Source: Phoronis australis
Taxonomy: Eukaryota; Animalia; Phoronida
Length of the DNA stretch: 64,000 nt
NCBI GenBank assembly: GCA_002633005.1
Contig: NMRA01000487.1
Location: 62,001-126,000, forward strand
Reading direction: 5' to 3'
How positions within the stretch are numbered: position 1 is the first letter of the stretch; each line of letters begins with the position of its first letter. The translations under genes were made by a program, and so were the position numbers. The notes beneath the pieces were generated by a model. The model worked only from the letters and a program-made list of their open reading frames with translations. It had not been told where the DNA came from and did no database searches. Below are positions 53,601-64,000 of this stretch, piece after piece.

Positions 53601-56600
53601 ACTAAATCATGTTTTGCTCCAGAATTTACTTTGCTTACAGGAATGTTGCCTAGGGCAGTAAATTGCTTGGTGAGAAACAGGTACTGTGCATAACACTGTT
53701 ATGTTACAGTAATAAAACCATCATTGATTTGAAGTGTATCGTAGTTGAATTATTCATGATTTGGGTCTTCACGAACTTACCCGAGGTCAACATGTCAACA
53801 TAGTGAATAGTGCGACTGAGGAGCTACCCTTCATCAATAGTTTGTTCATCTATTAAATATGCGAAGAGGTGTTTTGGGATATTTCACTTCTTTCGATTTT
53901 AACGTCATTGGATTTTCATGCTGCGGCTTGAGAGAAAATGTGCAGGTTGGTAAAGCATTAAACCTTGTCACCATGTTGTATGAAATGACTCTTGACACAT
54001 TGTCCACCCACTACTCCATAAAGAGTCTGGAGGAACCTTTGAGACAGTCCAGTTGGCAGTTGCTATTATCGTATTCTTACTAAGTGGCTGCTGTTGTAAT
54101 TGATAGAACAAGTGTATCTTTATAAAATATTCATTAAACACAATGTCGGTTAATCTATGCCTTCTACTGCTGGGTTGGAAGTCTCTAGAAGATAAGAGGA
54201 TGTCTACTTGGCATGCTTCGGTGAGCAGAGATCAATGCACTTGGGAATCTTTAAGGAATTGTATTTATAGTTTAGTTCTGCTACAGAAATGTCCATGCAT
54301 ATTGAAACCCAACCGTTTTCCTTGGGGACAGTTCAACTATAACCATTTGCATGAGGGTCCGAGATACACCGTTCAGGAAGGGAGGGGGTCAGGGCTTGGT
54401 GCTAATATACGATTTTTCCCTCATAAAAATGGCTGGCTTTTGTGAAAAGACAAACTTCAGCGCTATATATCAATTGCTTTTTCCCAATGTGTTGGAAGTT
54501 GTATAATGTCAGTGTTTCACTGTTTTGTTTCACTGTAGTAAAACACTTACCCTCATCTCAAATATCCATTAATTCAGACTAAATATTTTAATTTAGAGTC
54601 AGAGACTGCACCTGTGACGGTGAAGCTAGTGCTAACGCTTGATCCATTTTTGTGTCATTGAAGGAAGCGTGTCCATTTATCCAACCTGAGATCGTGGATT
54701 TTTTACCTTATTTTGCCATTAATTGCAGTGTCTCAATGTAAAGAAGACATTTTAGAATATGTTTAAACCTCGCCAATTTAGGATAGTAGTGAAACTTAAT
54801 TTCTCATTTCTTCCAAATTTAAGGTTTTCCATATTCAAGTTCTGTACCACAGTTACCATCCGACATTACTTTGAGAAATTGTGGACGATTTACAATGCTA
54901 CGAAAGGGCAAGTTTAACGATCTTTTCATCTTTGTTCAAAACTGGTGAGATTTTACTGTAAAAAGGTTTTTATGATAATATCCTGTTGAAATTTCTGATT
55001 TGTACTATACTGATCACGGGCTACTGACAAGTCCAGTTTAACGCTGATCAATAGTCTTGTCAAGGTGTTCAGATTTACTGTTCACATTTACACGTAACTT
55101 CCCCCGCTCCTGGGACCCATCAGACTGTGTGATTCGTCTTAACAAGTCATTAGTCTCACACAGAAATTAACACATCTGGGTATTTGTGAAGAAACATCAA
55201 CGTCATTAGTAAACTGATGTCTTTTTTCATTCAATTAACCACTGTGTATGGTATGATGATTTAATCAATTTCTCGACTTGTGCCAACAGCCTTCTTTAAC
55301 CAGATTTGTCCTCAGTGACCATGGTGATTTGGACTCATTGCCAGGGTAACGTGTAAGCTGTCCATGTCCCTGAAAACCTGGGGGCCTGACGACAAGGTTG
55401 TTCAACCCGACTTATGGTGAAAAACAAAAGAAGTAGTAATTATTATGTTGCTGTTGTGTAATTACTCTGACATGACTTGCTCTGTCAAGAACCCTTTGTT
55501 AGCAATTAGCGCCAGTCCCACCATATACAGGTAATGCATTCAATCCGCAAGTAAGTGGGATGTAGTAAGCTGTGTACTTGCCATTTGGGGACAGTTTGGC
55601 TCAGAATATGAAGCTGTGTGTCTGATAGGGCTGGGGCGATTCGCATTTTTAGGTATTCGATGTGATTTTTTCAGGAGAAATTTGATTATTTTCGATTCGA
55701 TTCTTGTTTGTCAAATTAACTCACTTTTTCTCAAATACAAGTAGTAAACGTACCAATCATACCAATTTTAGCAACAAAAATTATAAAAATTGACAATATT
55801 TCAACTAATGAGTGATCGCAAGCTGTCTATTTGTTGAATATCTCAAGAATACTCACATCTTTGTAATTCACGTAACAGCAAAAACTGGAGCTAAGAATCT
55901 AATCAAAATAGACCTTGATGAAACGATATCGAAATCGGTGGCTCCCGCATTGCAACTGGATTACAATTTGATTAATCATCACACTTTTAGTGTCTGGTAA
56001 AAAACAATATTTTATTGAATTTATTATGTAAGTCAAGACAGCATTTTGATCTGCTAGATGTTATGCTGAATATGATTATTGAAATACACCAGCATCTTTG
56101 TTTTAGTTGATTTTGCTGGGTGACGTTCTCTAGAGCTTTCATTTTATTGCGGACAGATGTGATACATGCCCTTTTTGATTTTTCAAGCAAACACTGTTAA
56201 CGATAGTCTATGATTCAGCTTAGTATTAGACTTAACTGGTGATTGGTTACAATTTTGCAACTTGCTTTCTCAAAGTATGATGTCAATGCAATTGCTTGCC
56301 AAGTGAAGTGCTCTTTGGCATTTAAGCAAAGTCCATGGTTTCGCTGATTGGACTTGGAATTGTTGACTAGCCACCTTGAAGATGAGCTAGGTACTGGCAT
56401 TGATTAAGTGACTTATAGTTTTCACAAGTTGGAGGCTGTGGAACATACTGAGCGTCATTTAGTGAGTAAATAAACCGCACCTGATCAATAATTTGATTTG
56501 CTCAACCTGACAAGGGCCATTGAAGTTCCTTGTGATTGAGACTAATGACGTGCCTCTACTCCTGTTTGACACAAGCTGTCAAACAAAATTGCTTTTGGTA

Positions 56601-57784
56601 ACATGTCACAGCTAATCCTTGTTGTCATATTTTTCCTTTGCAAGTGTAAAGTTATTCATCTAACCGTGTGAAATTTATTCACGGATGATTTAGTTGTTCC
56701 AAGCCACTGAGTTTAATTATCAGACTTTCAGTGTCATATTCTGCTGTTGTGGAACTAGAAATGGTATGGCTGACTGCTCGGTTGCGCGCTTTTGTGTCGT
56801 GGTTCCAGTTTTCAGATATGAATGTAACTACCACTCATTGAATGATATTTTTTGTCGAAATCAGTTAACTGTAAAACATTTTGCAGTTTAAGGACACAGT
56901 ATGGCGGGCAAGTAGTATTCTATTGCATCAAATTTCAATATTTGGATTTATTAACGTGATTTATACGTAGGTATCATCAAATAACACGGTACTAAAATTT
57001 CAGCATTTATGTAAGAGTGCATTGGGAAGCATTCAAAAATTGGAAAGTGGCAGTTTTGGCTATTATTTCTGTATGAAATTGAAGAATTTTTACTATATCA
57101 AACTGTTTGTTTACAACTGAAATAAGCCTCTGCTGTAGCCAGGGCAATGTTTAAAAAGTGTCTTCAATTGTAGCCAGATACTGTGAAATATTTGGAATAC
57201 CTGTATGTTTCCCATCGGAACCGATTGTACTATTCTACACCTGAACTTTCAGAACTTTGCAGTGTACATGTATGTGCATGTGTGTGTGTTGTCTAAACAA
57301 TGTGAAGCAAAGTGGTACCGTAGCAAGGTGACATGTATCGGGTAATGTTGAGACATGCACCTTTTCAGAAATGGTGTCGTGGCACATTAAAGCTCGATCT
57401 GTAACCACTTTGCGCGCCCAGGGGATATAACACAAAGGAATATTGTGATTATTGGTTCTGATGTGATAATCGCCTACTGGGGATGCCAGTTAACATTCAG
57501 ACCATCATTTGTCATGAACCACCGTACAAACCTGAAGTATCTATACAAAATTACCCTGAGATTCCCGTCATGGCGGCTGGATGTAAGCCGAAATCACAGT
57601 AAGAATATTAGGAACGTCAGTAATGTGGCTAAAGCCAAACTGTAATTAGGCATCACAAAATACTTTGTTTGATATTCTCGTACCAAAATACGCCTTATTA
57701 TCATTTGTAGTTGACCTAATTGTGCTGTTGAACATTCCAGGTGTTTTTGACCAAAGGGACCTCGACACGTGATAACCAGAGATA

Positions 57785-59472
57785 ATGGCCAAACTACTTG
57801 CGGTACTTGCAGCACTGTGTGTGCTGGTGCTCATGGACCACGTGAATGTTGCTAGTGCCAGTAACGAGACCTGCATTATAAAGTCCCAATGTAAGACAGG
57901 AATAATTCTCCCCATGTGGATGCCGCAAGAGAATCTCAGTTCTGGAGACAGGGCCGCTAGAGGGGTTGTCTATTTCGCTGCCTTGCTTTTTTTCTTCTTG
58001 GGCGTGTCGATCGTTGCCGACCGCTTCATGGCAGCCATTGAGGTAATTACCTCCAAAGAAAGAGATGTTACAATTAAGAAACCTAATGGCGAGACCATTA
58101 TGGTTACAGTACGTGTGTGGAATGAAACCGTTTCCAATTTAACTTTAATGGCGCTTGGCTCATCGGCACCAGAGATCATGCTGTCCGTCATTGAGGTTTG
58201 TGGAAAGAAGTTTGAGGCTGGTGACCTCGGTCCTGGCACCATCGTGGGCAGTGCTGCTTTCAATTTGTTCATGATCATGGCTATATGTGTCTACGTCATC
58301 CCTGATGGTGAAGTGCGCCGCGTGAAACATCTGCGCGTGTTCTTTGTCACGGCAACGTGGAGCATCTTTGCCTATCTCTGGTTGTACCTCATCATTGCCC
58401 AGATCACCCCCGGCCGAGTGGACGTGGCTGAAGGCGTTATCACCTTCCTGTTTTTCCCAGTTACGGTGCTGACGGCATACGTAGCTGACCGCCGCCTCTT
58501 TCCTACTGTGTTCTTGTCGAAGCGGTATCGCAGAGGAATCCACAAAGGCGTGATGGTGCAGTCGGAGGGTCCCGGTGACCTGGAAATGGGCGCCAAGAAC
58601 CACATTGGGGAGGAAGATGGGGAGAAGGAGCCTGATGAGTTGCAGGAATTTGAGCAGCATAGGCACGAGTTCATCGAGATCTTGCGTGAACTGCGCAAGA
58701 AACACCCAGATGCCGACATGAAACACCTGGAGGAAATGGCAGAGATGGAAGTGATGAACAGGGGTCCCAAGAGTCGCGCGTACTACCGTATTCAGGCGAC
58801 TCGCAAGTTGACTGGTGGCGGTAACGTGATCAAAAAATCAAAACTGGAGAAGTTATCCAGCTTGGAGGATATTAAACTTGAAGATGATGGAATCACGCGG
58901 ATTTATTTCGAACCCGGTCACCACACTGTGATGGAGAATGTAGGGTCATTTCAGGCGACAGTCGCACGGCATGGTGGTAATTTAAACAATACTGTGTACG
59001 TAGACTACAAAACTGAAGACGGCACCGCGAACGCTGGGTCGGATTATGATTTTGCGGAAGGAACTCTAGTCTTCGGCCCTGGAGAGACTGAGAAATCTTT
59101 TGCATTAACGATAATCGACGATGATGTTTTTGAGGAGGACGAGCATTTCTACGTTAAGCTCAGCAATATTCGTGTTGGCGGTCTTGATGGCATGTTCACG
59201 AGCACCGATCACGACAGAGTCAAATTGGGCACCCCATCAACGCTGACCGTTATGATTCTGGATGATGACCATGCTGGTATATATCACTTTGAAGAACCAG
59301 AGGTTAAAGTAGTCGAGTCCATAGGAGAAGCACACGTCAAGGTCGTACGGTCGTCGGGAGCCCGCGGGTGTGTGGCTGTGCCGTATCGCACTATGGATGG
59401 CACGTCAAAAGGTTGCGGGGTCGACTTTCAGGACGCTGTTGGGGAGCTCATATTTGAAAACGACGAAACTGT
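57785..59472 (+). CDS. SLC8A: Sodium/calcium exchanger (SLC8/NCX family), large first coding exon. Acceptor AG ends at 57740, donor gtaagt at 59473; no later exon recognised in the window
   Basis: Signal peptide; alpha-1 repeat NLTLMALGSSAPE...GTIVGSAAFNLF; basic XIP-like region RRLFPTVFLSKRYRRG; Calx-beta CBD1 (IIDDDVFEEDEHF, ILDDDHAG) and start of CBD2. A single giant first coding exon ending near NDE(T/I)V is typical of animal NCX genes. Confidence 0.97.
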
Positions 59473-60123
59473 GTAAGTACCATTTCTTTCTCAATCTATC
59501 CCCCTCCCCCTATTCGTAACGAGTGTAGATCTTGGCTTCTTTGCTTGTACATCCCATGGATGAAGTGGGAGAGATGTTGTCCTACTTATGCTGGATAAAC
59601 TTGATCATCATGGTCAAATTTCTCAATTTAATATTCGTAGATCGTCCTCTGAATGTTTGACCTCCCAGAAGTAGTCGGGTTTTGTGTACGATTCCAGTGC
59701 ACAGGTCTTACCAGTTGTCGTAAACTGTAAATGACACAGCCTGTGTCTGTACAATGCAATGAATAGTAACTGATTTTGCCACTTAATAGGTTTTTTATAG
59801 GCATGTGATTGTATTTAAGCTCAATACAAAATGACAATTCAGATCAATTTATTAGGTCTTGTTTGATACACCTGCTTAGGAACTATATCGTTCAGGTTTA
59901 ATGAAACTGTTAATAAGCAGAAAATAGTGGAATGGCAAGCCCTATTGTCAGGCTAACCGAACGACTCGGCTCACACACTTTTTCATTGTAGCTCCTCACT
60001 TTTGAACACAGATCACCTTACCAAGCAATTCACTGAATCGCAAATGGAAGTCGTATTTTGAGAACCAGTGTTTACTTTTGCTCTGAATGATGGGCATCAA
60101 ACTCAAAATCCGGGACCTCTGTA

Positions 60124-60236
60124 ACATGGGCGGCGCACCATAGGGGGCTATGGGGGGCTATAGCCTGCCCACTTTTTTCAGTGCTACGCTGCACATGGTC
60201 TATAGGCGATGCGCCACAGTGCTGCGCCGCCCATGT
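60124..60236. mobile_element. MITE with 14-bp perfect TIR ACATGGGCGGCGCA; a similar CATG-ended element lies at 42017-42219
   Basis: acatgggcggcgca ... tgcgccgcccatgt; 42017 catgagcgcaccca ... tgggtgcgcgcatg 42219. Confidence 0.6.
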
Positions 60237-63200
60237 GTATGTGACTACTACCCAGAGATGAGTGTGTTCAGGTAGCCTATGTGTGTGAGATGATAAATAA
60301 CATAAAATACCGTGGAATACTACCTCTGTTCTATGTCCATTGCCTCTAGTAAAGTAAAAGTCCTAATCTTTGTAGATTCTAATTTTCCAAGTTTAATTTT
60401 TTTTTTCATTCAGTCCGGTGTCATTAATTTTCACTGATTTTATTTTTCGAGGAGAGAGTGGAGACCTTGATCTTCTGAATATCTGATGGGTTATCACATA
60501 GACATGCAGAAGGCCTGCCTATAATAGATTTGGCTATTTTTAGCATGCCTTTGGTGTGCCTGTGTTTGCACAAGTTCTCTCCAGTCTGAACCTAAACACT
60601 ATGGAATAGCAGAGAAAATATTGACTTTTGCCTTTTATTGAATACTCAGTGAACTTTCAACACTGGCTGGACGTTTACAGTTGCAACTACTACAAGGCTG
60701 GCCGGGTACAATTCTCGTGAAATCCTAATGACACAGATCCACTTGTGGCGGACTGAAGTACAAATGCAGACAATGAGATACCAATGTATTTTGTTGACAA
60801 TTCAAATACATTCCCATTCTGATGGTTACACTCACACGTAGGGCTTCAGACCAGTTGCCTCAGTTTGACGTACATTTGAGCTAAGATAAACACCTAATAT
60901 GTTTTCGTTAATCATAATTATGTGTTCGGTCATGAATGGGCCTTTTATGAGTAAGTTTGTTTGTGCAGGCTTATGTAGGGTCCTTGTTGATACTCGGGGT
61001 AATGCAACGGGGCGTATGTCAATGTAACAAAAGGGACAGGAAACTTAGCCTTGATTTCCTTTTGTGCCTATATGATAAGAAATTAATTCCCCTTAGGTTT
61101 AAATAAAAGTCAGTGTCTGAGATCTTGGGTGTTTTTTTAGCTCTCTGTGACTAGCCAGTTAAAATATGCAATATGCCGAAACACCTATGTACGGAACCAG
61201 TGCTGTACCTTCCGGCTAAACCTGTTTTAAAATTCAGAACAAGAATAAAAATGCGTGAAGTAAAGTACATTAAGTTTTTGTCTTACTTAGAATATTGTCA
61301 TTGGATGAATTATATTTATTTCTGTATTTTAATGAGTTCGGATATACATTCTAAATGAAACTTCCAGATATTTAGGTTGAGCAAGGAAAGAAATAGTAAT
61401 TAAGCAAATTTGCAATGTGGCTGAAACAATGATTTTAACATTGGGGTAGATTTTAAATGGGGACTGATACAAGTGAGTCAGTTGCGCGTGCGCCCGTAGG
61501 CGAGGTGGCAGGGGTTATTGTCAGCATTCTGTCTTGGTTTGACTTGGTGATAAATTTGTGCATAAGGGAGCCAGGTCATTGAACGACAGCACAACTCTGA
61601 AATTGTGTTGACTGTGGTAGGTTTTTATCTTCTTATTCTTAGTATTCCCAATCAATACCTAATAATTGGGTAAATCTCTTCAACTACCCATCACCCATGC
61701 AACTTGATTTCTTCTGATATTGTCAGAGTATAAGCGCTCTCATGATGTTGATTGTACGCCTGGCTCTCAGAATCCTCCAAGTGGATAAATGTATAGACCA
61801 GCCTCGCGCCACAGCCTTTTTTTCTTTCGAGAATGTCAAATTGATTTCCCATTGGAAGAACAGATGCAATTAGCTGGGGATTGGTTTAGCTGGTCAAGTA
61901 GCTGTCATCATGACTTGTAGTATATTGTGTTAAGGTATTCACAGCTTGCTGATACAGTAATGTTATATAAATCCCCCTGTTTGCGAATGATTCAATTTAA
62001 GAAAAATTGATTTACTGTGTGAGTTATGACATGTGTTACCAGAGTTCTATATCTTGACAATTGACTTAAGACGTAAGTCAGAATTTTTAACATATGCTTC
62101 CATATCGGAATTACTTAACAAAGTTTTTGCCTTGTAATTACTAGCAAATCACAGTATTGAAAATTGATTACTAGTTTTTAAATTATCTGAGCCAGTATAA
62201 ATTTATTTTCAGAGACCTTGATGTACTTAAGCCTTGGCGAGATAAATTTATTCTTCAATTCACTTTTTACGAAATGGTTCCCAGTTAATTGCATGCTTAC
62301 CTGACTGTTTTGAATTAAAGGTTAAGAGAGATTGGCGGGCCCTCAGGATACACCCACTTGGGGGAGGGGTCTAAGCAATCATGTTTCAACAATGAGCGAT
62401 AATAAAACTATGGAAAACTACATGTGTTTAGGACAAGTCGAGAGCAGCATAAGCTCGCTTCTTTTGACCAAAAACTAATCTTAAATTGATATTCTTTCAG
62501 TCCATCACCAATGTTTTGTTTACTGTGGCAGTAACTATGAAATTGGCTCATTTCTTGGAACTGTTTCCCATCACCTCCCTGTTTTGCCCATTTGGTCTTC
62601 TGCGACTGAGTTGAGAGATTTTCTCTTTGTGTCTCGTGCAACTTGCTTCAGTTTCAGTACAATTCTAGGTAGTCTTTTGACTTTCAGATTTATTAGCTTT
62701 TCCTTGAAAAGGTGTGCTTTGAATTACTGTTAGTTGGCACCATGCAGTTTGCATTTGTTTAGTTCAGCTTTGTACAAGACGAATGGTCTTGTGACCTTCC
62801 TGTATTTGCCAAAAAGAATTTGTGAGGTGACACCTTGTGGGTTGCTACCCTACATGATAATGAATGGGCTTGTTGCCTCTGAAAAGTTTAAAGTTTGGCA
62901 TTCAAATTCAAGCATGGTTGAAATTCGTTGACGAAGAGCATTTTTATAAAATTTATGAAGACTGGTTATTTTGCTTGTTGGCTTTGAAACGAGATCCACA
63001 GAATGTTGATTTGCTTAATGTTTATTCTAAACTTGTAAAATGCTTTTTGCTTCTCAAACGTTTCCAAAGTTAGACGCAGCAATACTGTGTGGGAGACTTA
63101 AAATTAACAGCAGAGTTCTAACCCTGTGCAAAGTTAACTTGATGAGAAATTTTTTATGCTAAATTAAGCGTTCAAAGAAATGGCGTAGGTCATTTAAAAA

Positions 63201-63656
63201 ATCTGTTCGAGGTCATGCGCAACCATGATCAGAATCCCTTGGGGGTATCTCAGTTCTTGGATTCGTTGTGGACGATTCTGTTCCCATACCAGCAATCTGC
63301 ATTTGTAAGGAAAATGTGATCGTCACAAGATACCGTATTCTGTACTCTGAGCTTACTCTGTAATTCTCTGTCCTTTTGACACATAAAAATGGAATGCTGT
63401 CAGTGTGGGTGTAAAAATTAGAACAACAGCTTCACCATGTCAAGTGGGATAGTCTGTTAGTTCTAATTAACAATGCTAATTTAACATGCTACCTAGAACC
63501 GCTTTACTACACTTGTAAACCACAAACCATAATTTTTAAATAAAGTATGGGTCATGCATTCATTTGAGTTTTTTTACAAAAGTTGGATCTCATGTAAATT
63601 AATAGGTCACAGATGATTTAAAAAGTTGCTGACTACTAATTAAAATATTTAGAAGA

Positions 63657-63770
63657 GGCAGTGTGGCCCGGTTGATAAGTGCCCGCTTTCTTTACTCAAG
63701 GTCGTGGGTTCAAGTCCTACCAGGTCACACTGCCAAACCCTTGAGCCAGGTTTCTAGCTCCTCAGCTCGG
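63657..63770 (+). mobile_element. tRNA-derived SINE head (a second degenerate head lies at about 33776-33830)
   Basis: A-box-like TGGCCCGGTTGA and B-box GGTTCAAGTCC, followed by cccttgagccagg, a motif common downstream of SINE tRNA heads. No proper anticodon arm. Confidence 0.65.
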
Positions 63771-64000
63771 TTTTAATCATATATTAATAAAGCATACAAA
63801 ATATTTCCAGGTGATCAGTGCAATGGGCCCACATGCGAGGCCTGCGCACATCTGGTACAACCTGTATCAGACCGCCTATAATTATTTTTTTATATATTAA
63901 AAAATTAAAATATTTTAAATTCCTGTTACAAAATGCCTATCCTGCCTAATTCTTGACAAGGTGGACCATTTCTGTAGTCAATGTGGCAATAGCCAGTTGA

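Noticed and set aside
57970-59105. Minus-strand ORFs of 70-188 aa
   Set aside because: Antisense shadows of the NCX coding exon.
63657-63734. Functional tRNA gene
   Set aside because: A and B boxes are present but there is no canonical anticodon stem-loop, and a SINE-type body follows.

Overview
AT-rich, intron-rich animal genomic DNA, probably a marine invertebrate bilaterian (inference from gene structure and repeat content). Four conserved protein-coding genes were reconstructed by hand from splice sites. (1) The 5' end of ERCC2/XPD (minus strand, 3 exons, continues off the left edge). (2) A complete adenylosuccinate synthetase gene (plus, 12 exons, 445 aa); its exon 11 appears twice around an assembly N. 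(3) A complete NAA40/NatD gene (minus, 9 exons, 240 aa). (4) The large first coding exon of a Na+/Ca2+ exchanger (SLC8/NCX, plus). Between ERCC2 and ADSS lie a decayed, intronless, acidic repeat-protein gene whose 63-bp array is nearly open on both strands, and a GC-rich block with unusually many long-range complementary segments (candidate structured RNA). The rest is mostly short non-autonomous DNA elements, tRNA-derived SINE heads and a LINE fragment. There is no CRISPR array and no prokaryotic system. No clearly new biological system can be proven from sequence alone; the best leads are 3261-3779 and 5025-7306.
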